NCBI RefSeq assembly: GCF_011386835.1
Contig: NC_088792.1
Location: 229,896,001 to 229,960,000 of the forward strand
Source: Chrysemys picta bellii
Taxonomy: Eukaryota
Direction of reading: 5' to 3'
DNA length: 64,000 nt
How positions within the stretch are numbered: position 1 is the stretch's first letter; each line of letters begins with the position of its first letter. Below, piece by piece: positions 24,906 through 37,269 of the stretch. The notes beneath the pieces are model-generated. The model worked only from the letters and a program-made list of their open reading frames with translations. It had not been told where the DNA came from and ran no database searches. Made by a program: the position numbers and the translations under genes.

Positions 24906-27547
24906 ATGAAAAGGCAATGCACCAAGCAGCCACTAATTACAAAATGGCTACTAAAGGGCTACAGCTGCTTTCCTCTGCAGGATTTAAAGGGCTAGTCCCA
25001 GAAAGGTATGCTGGAAAGAAGTTCCTACCAAAAGGCACTTCCGTGCTAGAGAGGGTTGATTACAAAAGGAGTGGTTGCTTTTATATACTACTACTGCATT
25101 GCAAAGTGTTATTTTATTAACAATCAATATAAGAATGGATCACAGGCGTGGACTCTAAAAAAATTAAAAGGAACATTTATCAAGATGATCACGTTTATAT
25201 TTCCTTATCTGTGTTACTGTTCAATTTTATATCATTAACATGAAAAGCATTTTTAAAACATAACTTGATATTCATCATTGTATTTGTTGCATATATTGCA
25301 TTTGTTTAAGGATTTTACTCATATCAGATGGTGGAACTAGACCAGTCCGTTTTGCTTTCTGATTTTTATCAATTTGTAAGATGTTTCAGGTTTCCAGCAC
25401 TGCAAGCTAATTTTGTCTGTTTTCCAATCACTGTTTTTATTTCTTTTATAAGTATTCATATTATATCATATGCCTAGTTACAGTCCCACATATTTAAATA
25501 GGAGTCACATTGGGCCCATTCTGAATAAAGCAATGGTCATTAAAAACAAATATGAAAAAATATAAAAATGACTTAAATATCTCAGTTGAGACTTTGACAC
25601 TTGAATATATGTAAGCTACCAAAGGATCACAGCAACTAATGTGCTGTATTTGAAACCTGCTTCATAAATTAGTGTACAGGTCTAAATGCCACAACATAAT
25701 TTGCATTATCTTTTAACCAAATATATACATCATTTTTAGTAGTGGAACATCATTTATTTCTACAGCAGAGAGTATTTCAATGGCAATGGGTCTTTTGTTT
25801 ATATTACAGTGGAGGATATTGATAAATTAGCATACTTCTACTCCAAAAGTTATGCTAAGGGACAACACTGCTATATGCAACAGCATTATATGTGGACATT
25901 TTCATCAGCACTGACAATTTTTACACTGTGCAAATGTTAGTGTTTAATAAGGACATGCATTCTATACAGATGGAAGACTTATTTTGCATTAATGATGTAA
26001 AGGAAAATTGGACTGGGTCAGTAGTTGATATCCAAACTCATGCTAGCTACCACTTCTATCTAGAAGTAGGTAGGTACTAGAGATGGACTCAAGTCACAAT
26101 GCCTGGATTCAGATACAAACTTAACAAAGTTCACTGATGTTTAAACCCAGGGTTTTAGTTTGACCCATTGTAGAAATGGGCTCAAACCATAAAGTTCAAA
26201 ACCAGATCTTCATTTTCCCAAAGCTTTGGCTGTTCATCTGTAGGATTTTGGTTGAGACACACCTCTCATACATCACCTGGTAGCATATATATTTTTACAT
26301 CAGCCATTGACAGGAGACTTTGGCTCAGCCTAACTGGCCATGGTATGTTATTGTTCTTTCACTAGAAATATAGCTAATAGTGCTTTGATATTGATTGCCC
26401 ATATGGTGACTCATAAATGCTCATTTTCTGAACTATGGACTTTATAAGCTGCCATGTTGACAACTAGAATATTATTCCTAGTGGAAGTAACGTCTGCAAT
26501 GATCCAGCTAGCTCCCACCAATGCATTCTTCTTCATTCAATGGGAGTTGCACATGAGCAAAGTCTACAGGATTAGGCCCGTCCTCTCCTGTTTATGTTTC
26601 CTCCTCTCCAGTCACCCTGTGACAATTCTCTATCCCTTTGTATATATGACTCTGCAGCTTCTGGTAACGCACCTGTATCGGCCAGGAAATTAAGAGTAGA
26701 GCTAAAGTACCGCTTTCCAAATAAGAAATGCAGTTAGGGCCTCATTCTATGCCATGCCCAACTGATATCAGGATTAGATGGGACTTTGGTCAGAAAATTG
26801 AGGCAGCCATTCGAGCTTGCTTCAGGAGGTTGTGTGTGAGAGATGGGGTCCCTAGAAGAGCAGGATCTGATGTAGTTATATCAGTCATACAGACTTAAGG
26901 CAGTTCCTGGTTGAATTTTTCTCTTTGCTAATTTGATTTACTCAAATAATGCAGTTAACATTGTTTTGTACATAAGATATCTTTTCCTCTCCAATAATAC
27001 TACCTAGTTCTTATATAACACTTTTCATCAGTAAACCTCAAAGTGCTTCACAAAGGTCCATATCATCAGAATATATGATTTCCCCAGTGTAGGTTTGTTG
27101 AAATAGCTCAATAAAATATATTTTAACATATTTATAGTCGCACTTACTATTTTAAAAAATCTTAAGCCACTCAGTGTTCTCTCTGAGAACCACAGCTCAC
27201 TTTTCATAGTTTACGAATGTCATATTATATATATGATAATGGATGTACGATTTTCATCATTCAATTACACATAGGAACCGTTGCTCAATTCCTTATTGCC
27301 TATGAAATTACAGTGCTGCAGCACTGATATCAGATTCAAAACTCATTTTACTCCATAGGTTGAGAGTGGCATTGTTAACTACTCATTGTATCAACTGTAT
27401 GTGTTGATGAAATGCAAAACTGCAATAAAAGAAGCACTCAGATCCTCATCCCACCCCTGCCACACACACACACTATAAGCTGAAAAAAATTAGAATAGCA
27501 CAATATACTAGAATCTTGGTTGACTGACATTGGACACACCAATCTAA

Positions 27548-27842
27548 GGCTTGGTCCACACTGGGGCGGGGGATCGATCTAGGAAACGCAACTTCAGCTA
27601 CGAGAATAGCGTAGCTGAAGTTGACATTTCCTAAATCGAACTAAGTTTACTTACTGCGGGTCCACGCGGCGCAGGCAAGATCCCCTGTTGCTAGCGCTTC
27701 CTCCTCTCGATGAGCAGGAGTTCTGCAGTTGACGGGGGAGCGCTTCTGGGATCGATTTATCGCGTTCAGATGAGACGCGATAAATCAATTCCAGAAGATC
27801 GATCTCTACCCGCCGATTCAGGCAGGTAGTGTGGACCTAGCC
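27548..27842. mobile_element. PIF/Harbinger-type MITE
   Basis: TIRs GGCTTGGTCCACACT / AGTGTGGACCTAGCC; TAA before and CAA after; CpG-rich interior. Confidence 0.8.
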
Positions 27843-30800
27843 CAAGTCACAAACAAGCCACTAAGGTCAGTATGTTTCCAGGAATTCCAGATTGGTGAAT
27901 AGCCCTTATCAGGTTTAAGCTACAATGCATGCACACTAAAATGGATAAAATGTACCATTCTGTATTTTGTAATAAATAATGCAAGGTCTCATCTTAAGAA
28001 AGAAGTTATTTGAAAATAACTTACTTGTTATCTCACTGAAGGTTTCTATGTACAAGCACCATTTAATCAATTCTGTTTTTTCTTAGAACAAAATTTTGCA
28101 GGACGGGATGAATCTTCATTATTGAAATTGTTACTAATAAAAGCGGTTTCAACTATATAGTCTTTATTAACTTTATCTTTGTTTACTAAATTGAAGGGTT
28201 TGGATAAACCTTCATTTCAATCAGGCAAAATAGCCCTGCAGCTCATGTAATTTACTGTTACAAACAGCAATGCATATTATGTACCAATACATCTATATAT
28301 ATGCAGAAACAAAACTGGTTACATTCACTTTAATGAGATTGCTTCTCTAGCATAAATGATAGTAAATGCTCATCTATGTTAAATGACTGCTATTTTTCCC
28401 TCTTATAGTCAGTGATATGTCTTCATTGTTTCAGTAATGTAGCCAACAATTGAGAGTTAAGTAGTAGCCACTATTCACTATCAGTAAGCTTTACAGGTAC
28501 TTTATACACCAAGAAATAGACTTTTTAAAATGTCATTTTACTATGTCTCACTGAATTACAGTATATAAACAATAATGGTTATTTGCTAAAACATAATAGC
28601 ATATATTTATTGTAACAAAAGAGATAACACCATGAAAATGTATAAATTCTTTATTTTATAAGCATGTAGAGAATTTGTAAAGGGATTACTATATCACTGT
28701 TAATCATGGCATTTTTGCATTTGCAGTATAATTTTGTAATCACTACTGTTCATGTAGGCTTTTATAAGCCAGTGTTTTGAGGTAGTTCATGTTTTATTAG
28801 CAAAAGTAAATCTTGTAATAATACCAATTAAACATCATCTTTATACCATTCTTATGTAAGATTAAACTAACTTGGCTCCTGTGGCACAAAGTCTGCTAAA
28901 AGGGTAAAGCTCATGTGTACAGGCAATGGTGCTTTCTCTTAAATGCTGGTCCAAGAGTATACAACTTGCTCCTGCAGAATCCAAGGACCACCACAAACCT
29001 TGGCGCTTTTCATTCCAAGTCTTCAAGCTGACCTTAATAAATAAAAATCCATATACAATTTTCCCCCTAGGAAGAACGAAGAAAGAACCACATTACATAT
29101 GCTAGTCACATTGCCTAATGCATCACTGGAAAGTGCTTAGATACCATGGTGATGGGGCACAGAATAAAAACCTTAATAGAAGAGATCAAAAGCCCTTTGA
29201 AATTTCTACCTACATTTACTGCTGGTAAGGTAAATGCTGGTGTCCAAAGTGTCTGAAATACCCTAATTAGAGAATATGGAAAGGTACTGAGGGATCAGAA
29301 CCACCATTTAGGGGAAATCATGGAGAGTGGAGTGGCTGTTGCCACAGATTCTTCCCTTCATAGAGCTTGAACAGCACAAGGGTCTAATTTGAGAAGAAAA
29401 CTAGCTTTCGAGAATGTCTGTTTTGAAATGCAGCATACAATGATCATTCAGTAGGAAACATGTAGTCAGGCATACCAGTAAATGAATTTTTTCACCCTGG
29501 GCTCGAGTCTTCTGGGGAAAGTGAAGAAACCTAGGCCCTTTACATGGGAGACTGCCCACGGTGTGATCGTGGGTGAATTTCTTTAGGTACCTCAGTATCT
29601 CCATCAGTAAAATGAGGATAATACAAAAAGACAATTGTAAAGGACTTGGAGATCCTCAAATGGGAGGTGCTACATATATAAAAAATATTATTGCATATTG
29701 GACCACTTCCCTATTCCAGGCATTTATGGTATGCTTATGACTATGCTATCTGAGCACCTGGTTACAAGATCAGTCAAGATGAAGGTGACAGCTGAAGAAG
29801 GCAGTGACCCCATAGAAGTATTATGGAAGGTTTTTGCGGTATTGACTTCTGCTTTGTTTCAGATCATGCATTTAAAAGAGCCATTTGGGTAGCATGTGCA
29901 CATTTTAACCATTCATTGCTCATATTAAAAATGCTTTCTATATATTAAAATTGATGCTAGACCCATTTTCACTATCACTCCCTGGAAATCCATAAGTATT
30001 GTATGTCATACTAGCATAAGCACTAAGTATTGGCTAGAGCCATGTGCATTAGCTCAATATTAAAATTAGGATAATGTTGTAAATTATTTAGATGTGGAGG
30101 CATTTTAACTCTCTAACAAATTGAAAACTATTCTGGGCAGGGACCACGTCCCTCCTTCTGTTTGTACACTGCTCGCTCCAGATTGTAGTCTTTGGGAACT
30201 ACCCCAATAAAACAACCTGTACCATTGCATTTACAAAAAGAAATGTGGTACAAGTTGGATATCCATTCACAGCTGTTTTCAAAGTATATCTTCAACCATC
30301 CCCACTGACTAATTCAGCTGATCTCAGATTTATTTGGCGGAGAGGCTCAGCCTCACTTCTGCTCACTAAGGGGCTTGTCTACACACAGAGAATTGCACCG
30401 ATTAACTTAAATCTGTTTAAAAATGGATTTAGTTTATGAAACACAAACCCTTGTGTGGACACCCATAACAGTTTAAACGTGGCTTATATAGATATAACTT
30501 GCACCTTAAATGGATATAAGGCAGATATAAACTGATACAAGTGTCAGCACACAAGGTTTAAAATCATGCTTTTAATTAGATTGCTACAAGTTTATGTGTA
30601 AATTAGACATAATATCAGTGGTGTTTGCTCTATGTAAACTGTAAGAAATAAGGACAGATATATTTCATTCTTGTTTTAACTTAATGAAAGGCTATTGCAC
30701 TAAGTTTTAGAACAGAGATTTGAACAAGTCTCACCCTCATCCTAGTCAGATGCTGAACTTCACTGAGGCAGTGACCCTCCAACTAAATAATGTGCACTTA

Positions 30801-32561
30801 ACTATTCCTGGAGAGTCACAGCCATCATCTATGTGAAAGGGGTGGGGTGTATTTTCTTCTCCATCATTTGTTTTCAATGCTTAGTTTTAATAATTTGTTG
30901 TGTTTGCATTTCTGGGCACTAAAAGGTAGTTAGAAATAGGGGAGGATGCATGATTCAGGCCTCCACAAGGGAAATATAGCAAAGGCTGCTGGTGCTGCTA
31001 ATTTTTATTAGATGTATTTGTAAACTCCACTAGTTGACAGCTGGAGAGTTGTTCAGGGGCAAAAAGGAGAACCCACATTTTATTTTCCTGTGTACACAGT
31101 TATAGGAATATTTCACACCTGCCAGTTTATATCTGCCCAGGTATTCAATGTTCACTTTCGAATTAGCCCCACACTCTACTCTCCTCCTCAGCTTACATAC
31201 CCTATGGCAAAACTAAGCAACATCAGCTATTTTTGTATAAAACAAGCCATAGGTGTTTGGGGAGTGGGGAAGCAACAGCCTATATTGTACTTCATTGTGC
31301 TGTAAACATTCTACAGTATTTGACAGCTATCTACATGGAGGCACATTTATGGGTCTTGATTTTGCCTCTACCTACCCTATCAGCATTTATTCTCATTATG
31401 AAAGAATATGGTAGTGATTACTACACTACGCTAGCATAGGGCTACACCTTGAGACAACCCAGGCTCTTTAACTAGGACAGAAGGTAGCAGCCTGCTTGGT
31501 AAGCAGTGCTTTCCAAGGGGAGCACATGACACCTATACTCCTTAATACTTTTTTCCCAAGTTGAATTCTTTTCTGAGGCCCCTGATTTTGCAAGCTTTTT
31601 ATTTTTATTTTAACTCCTTAACCCAGCTTTGAAGGACTTTCTTATCCCTGATTTAGGACCTAGGCAGTACAGGGAGCAACTCATGACTTCTAAAGTTGAC
31701 AACCTTTACTCATTTCTTGCATTTTGCCAAAACTAGGGATTGGAAAGACTATCCAAACCTTTTATGAATTAAATGTGTTCTTTTCTGAATTCCTGTATCT
31801 GCTCCTGAGCTTCCCCTCATTATCAAAATCCTGGTTTAAAACCAAAAATGAGTTCCTTGAGCCCATGTCCTTACACTAACATGTGCCTGATTACTCTTTA
31901 CAAAAAGGAAGGTTACTTACTTGTAACCGGAGTTCTTCAAGAGGACTCTACATATTCACACTTAGGCATTTTGCGCCACCTGGTGCAGCTCACAGGTTGA
32001 ACCTACTTCCAGCAGTGCCTGTTAGAGCACATGTGAACCCACTCCTGTCCCTGTCCCCTCACATCTCCAAATGTTCTGAGGCACGGCTATATTATGGGCA
32101 CTGCATACTCCACTACCTCAGCTCCTTCCACTGCCAACCCAGAAAAACCACAATAGGACTTTGAGAAAGAGGGGAAAGTTGGTGGGAAGTGTGAATATGC
32201 AGTCATCTCAGAGAACTCTTGGTACTAGTAATGTCATTTCTTCTTTGACTGGCTCTGCCTATTCACACTTATGGGTAGTTCGGCAAGCAGTGCTGAAAAC
32301 TCAGGAGGAGGGAAAGAGTCCTAATTAAATGACTGAAGCCCCAGTTGACCAAATCTAGCAACTGCACTTGAAGGTAAATCCAAAGCATAATGTTTAGTAA
32401 AGATATGTATTGACTTCCAAGTTAGCAGCCTTACAGATTTCTCCAGTAGGAACATGCTGTTATTTGCCGAGACCTTACAAGAGTAGGCACAGGGACAGCT
32501 ACTAAGTTGTTATATTCAATGACCTTGTTTAACTCATCTGGAAATAATCTGACCAGATACA

Positions 32562-33512
32562 GTATAGAGACAAAGTGAGGGAGGCAATATCTTTTATTGG
32601 ACCAATTTCTAGTGGTGAAAGAGAAGCTTTCGAGCTCTCTTCTTCAGGTCAGGGAAAAGTACTCCGTGTCACAGCTAATACCAGGTGGAACAAATTGGTT
32701 AGCATAACTAGTTAATACATATTCTAAGAGACCATTGAAAGTGAAGTTGCCCTCTGCAGTTAACTCCTCTCCAGTCATAGGACCAAAAAAAGGAGGGCTA
32801 GTGGATTACAGATTGTTGTAATAAGCCATAAATCCAGTCTCTTTGTTAAGATCACAATATTTAGTGTCTAGCAAAGTTATACATTTAAGCTCCCAGGGTT
32901 GTCTTTTGACAGTGTTGTGCAGGTTTCCTTTGAGGAAGACAACTGAGAGGTTGGATATGGAGTCATCAATTTGTGAAAAGTGTTCACCCACGGGTAATAG
33001 GATCTTTTATCATTTTTCTGTGTGAGTTCATTCAAGAGCATAGTGATTGTCTAGTTTCATCCACACAGTTGTTGCAGGGGAATTTAGTGCACTGGATGAG
33101 GTACATTGCATGTTGTGACAGGCATGTGTAGGACCCTCTTCAAAAGACAAGCCTGGGAGTTTAAATTCATAACTTTGCTAGACATTAAAAATCATGGTCT
33201 TAATAAAGACACTGGATTTATGGCTTATTATAACTATCTAACTCACTAACGCTCCAGAGGTGTTAACTGCAGAGGGTCACTTAACATATATTTTAAGAGA
33301 TCATTCAAGGTGAACGACTTATTGTAAACAATCTGTTCTACCTTGTACTTGGCTGTGACAGTGAGTACTCTTCTCAGACCTGAAGAAGAGTTCTGTGTAG
33401 CTCAAAAGCATGTCTCTTTCACCAACTGAAGTTGGTCCCATAAAAGATATTACCTCACCCACCTTGTCTCTCTAATATCTTGGGACCAACACAGCTACAA
33501 CATCACCGCAAC
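32562..33512. mobile_element. Penelope-like element (second family) with inverted ends, nested in DIRS YR
   Basis: Minus-strand GIY-YIG C-terminal ORF 32806-32991 (GEHFSQ...LSVVFLKGNL...RQPWELKCITLLDT...LNKETGFMAYYNN); inverted plus-strand copy of the same end at ~33140-33512. Confidence 0.85.
33377..33414 (+). ncRNA. Decayed hammerhead ribozyme motif (second Penelope family)
   Basis: GAC-CTGAAGA-A-GAGT(tctgtgta)GCTC-AAAA-GC-AT|GTC; G12 is mutated. The inverted partner at 32621-32650 keeps the core (GAC-CTGAAGA-A-GAG..CTC-GAAA-GC-TT) but has a shortened stem II. Confidence 0.45.
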
Positions 33513-36500
33513 CGGATATACTATGACACACATGATTCTTAGCATAAGAAACTTAGATGATTTCTTAGAATTCTAGTTCTATTTAGACAACATGCTAGAA
33601 TCTTTCTAGCATCTAAAATAAAGATTCCTATTTATTAGTATGCAACTTTGGGGAAAAATACCAGTAAATTAATAGTCTGATACGAAACTCACACTGTTTG
33701 TGGTAAAAAACCTTGGATCAGGTCTAAGAACCCCCTTGTTTGTATGGAAAATAGTAAATGGCAGATTAACCATCAAAGAAGGCAATTTGCTCACCCTTCT
33801 GGCTGATGTTACAGCAATAATAAACACAGTTTTAATAGATAAGTATAATAAAGAACACTCTGCCTAGGGTTCAAAAAGTGGCTTCATAAGTATAGATAAA
33901 ACCAAATTAAGGTTCCATTTGGAACCAGATCCCTCAAAGGGGGATACATGTTAGACAAGCCCTCCATTAACCTTTGAACTATATCACAAAGATTAAAACA
34001 TGATAAACTAAAAGAGCTGCCCAATGAACTCTTAAGAAGAATTAGATAATCTTTCAGACTTTAAAATCATTAAATACTATAAAAACACAGGAACAGAAAC
34101 TTTAACTGGTTAATCAGATTTTCCCCACATCCAAGAAACAAATTTAGTCCATTTCAAATAATACATTCTTGCATATTATTTTCTAGAACTGAGCAATACA
34201 TTTTGAACCAACAAGGAACAGGATTATTCAAGATCAGGCAAAGTCCGATAGATCAAGCTGTCAGATGGAAAGACTATGGATCTGGATGAAGGACCCTGTT
34301 CACTGCTGAAATATCAGGTGTGGAGACAAAGTGAGACACTTGCAGACTCTGTCTGACATCTGAAGCAGGTCCATGTACTCCTACTGTGTTGGCCAATCTG
34401 GGGCAATCAGGATAATCCTTTCTCTGTCATGATTCATCTTCTTCCCTGCTTTCTGAACTAATGGAAAAGGAGGGAAAAGCATGCAGAAGGCCCTTTCCCC
34501 AATGCAGCAAGAAAACATCTGAGATGGACTGATTGTCCCTTTCTGCTCTTGAACAGCACAGACGACACTTTGTATTGAACCTGGTTTCAGCCAAGTTTTC
34601 ATTGGGCTGACCCCAGCTGGAAAAAAATTAATCCTTCAGGAACCATTCATGCATCTGAGAACTGTCCCTGCTGAAATGACAGCTAACATATTGTTCTCCT
34701 CTGCTAAATGCAGTGCTACCAGATGAGACATTGTGAAGAATGCACCAGTGCCATAAGTTGACTGCCTCTGCACATAAACAGGGAAGAATAAATATCTCCT
34801 TCCTTGTTTATGTAATACATAGCAGTGAACAATACAACTGCTATCTGAACAACCTTCCCATTTAGGTGAGGAAGAAAAGATCTGAGAGCCAAATAAATGG
34901 CTCCTAATTAAAAAATATATAAATTATATGTAAAGTACTTTTCTTGAGACCTCCAGTAGCCTTGAACTGTAAAATGATGTGGATGAGTTCCCTCATCCCT
35001 TGCCAGATACATGGGAAATTATTGTGACAGACAGCAAAGAGAGATTGAAAAGACACTTCTGAGAACATCTGATCTATCTGTCCACCATATCAACAAATTT
35101 AGAACATCCTAAGACATGGGTGACAAACATCTGAAGCCTGTTCATATGGGGTCTGTAAAACTGTGACATCCAAATGCTCTCATTCTGAGAGTAATGTAAG
35201 TGGTCACTGACATAAGACCTATTAGACCCAAAGAGAAAATAATTTTTTGGGTGAAACACATTGAATCTTTGAAAAAGGCGGTTTTATCTTCAAAAAATCT
35301 TTCTTCCCAAAGGAAAACTCTTCCAGCTACTGAGTCCAGTATACAGCCTTTTCAATGAATTCTCTCAGTCAAGTAGAGATTTGACTTTTGACATTCAGAA
35401 ACAGTCCCAAAGCCGTAAGAAGGGACATTGTAAATTTGATGTGAAATAGGAGATCCTCCTGTGAAGATGACTTTAGCAGCCAATCATCCAAATATGGGTA
35501 AACAAAGATACTCTGTTTTCTTAAATGTGTTGCTTCTACTACAGAAAGGCACTTTGTAAAGACTCAATGTTGTAGAAACATAAAATAGTAGGACTTTATA
35601 CTGAAAACATCTTTGTGACATTACAAAAGGTACTTCTGATGATTTGGCTGGACAGAAATATGGAAATATGCATCCTTTAAATCGAGAGTTGTAAACCAAT
35701 CCATAACTGGACAGTGAGGGAATTATGGAGGCTAGAGTTAGCATTCAAAACCAAAACTTCTGAACAAACCTGTTCAATTTTTTAAAATCTAAAATTGGAT
35801 GGAACCCACCCCATCTTCCTTCTGCACCAGGTAGTACCTTGACTAAAACCCTTGACTCAACAGAGGTTTGAATACCTCTCAACAGCACCTATCAGGAGCA
35901 ATTTCTGAAATTCTGATAGAAGAATGATTTCATGAGAAGGTTCCCTGAAAAGGGAAGGATAAGGGAAATTGAAGGGGGTAACTTCTACTTGTATTGCATT
36001 GACCTTTTCTATAACTTTTAGGATCCTCATGTCTGATGCAGTAAGCATGCATGAATAAAATCAGCTGGCATGTCTCCAAACGAAGAAAGGGATGCATTCT
36101 CACCAATTGGTCAACAACTGTTGATCCTCACATCAAATTTGAGGCCTTGTATTCAGCAAAGATGAAGAGGAAGGAACAGATTGTTTTGTTTTAGGTCCGG
36201 ATTGGAGTTATTTCTTTTTATGCTGAGACTGTGATGAAGATGTAGTATGTAGATGCTGTCCCTCCATCAATAATGCATTTGCCAAACTCCTCTTATCATC
36301 TGAGAGATTCTGTACAAATAGTGCCCTCTTCTCCCACAGATGGAATTGGTAATGGTCTATCACCCTTCTGGTAATTAGCCACACTAATTCGAAGAGATGA
36401 GGAAGAACAAAAATCTCTCCCCTTCCCAGGGCATCAATATTCTTTTCTTCCCTTCTCTGTCCACAGTTGAATGGGCCTCACCAGACTGGAGCCTATTATT

Positions 36501-37269
36501 GGCAACAGCAACCCCTATGAGAGTTTGGCACAGGGTGAGAATGAAAATACAATAACCCTTATAAGGGATCCGATACAACTTTTCAGCTTTCTAGATGCAG
36601 GCTGACAAGAAGCATGGGTAGCCCAAATAGTCTCAGCAGGCTGAAAAAGACCATCCAGGACAGATGGTAACACTCATCACCTGAAAATAGCACCAAAAAC
36701 ATTGAATATCAAATGTGACGTCTTTGCAACAAATGAAGGTAAGTTTAAAGTGGCTGCCATAGAATCCACAAGGTCACAGAATTGCAAAATGTTCTCAAAA
36801 GGAGATGCCACAGAAGCAATACCCATATGTTCATCAGGTGCCAAACCAGGATCAAACTCTGTATCCATCTGATAGCTCCTCTTGTTGAACAGTATCTCCT
36901 CCTCCTCTTTACGCTGAGAATCAGGCACTATTGCTGAGCTGTACATACACTCTAATGGGCACTGCTGGGAGAAGGTTCTACCATTTGGCTGCACCAGGTA
37001 GCAGAAAACCTATGTTAATATGCACGGTCACTCAAAGAACACTGTTTAAATAAAACCACATTCTAAAAGTATTTGCCACATGCAGGACATAATACACTAA
37101 AGAAATGGTTGCGCATGGGTCATTTGATATCATGATGACGCATTTGTGTTTCTCTCTCTTGAAATCCAAAAATAAAGAGCATGAGCTTTTGGAAGTAGAA
37201 AACACAAGAACATAACAGAAGGCAACTGTCATTACTACATCCCAAAAACTACAGGACGCAGGAGTATGT

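Larger units (their letters stand above)
31911..37045 (-). mobile_element. Near-complete degraded DIRS1-like tyrosine-recombinase retrotransposon
   Basis: Minus strand order: gag-like region; RT (SLFREPSHEIILLSEFQKLLLIGAVE; MLTLASIIPSL...FQYKVL); RNase H; MT-like block (FPPFPLVQK...IILIAPDWPTQ); YR (ARRVS-like near 33780-33810; EICKAA.W.S...FTKHYALDL at ~32380-32460). ITR similarity between 31930-32035 and 36940-37042; ICR-like repeats at 32187-32270. Confidence 0.9.
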
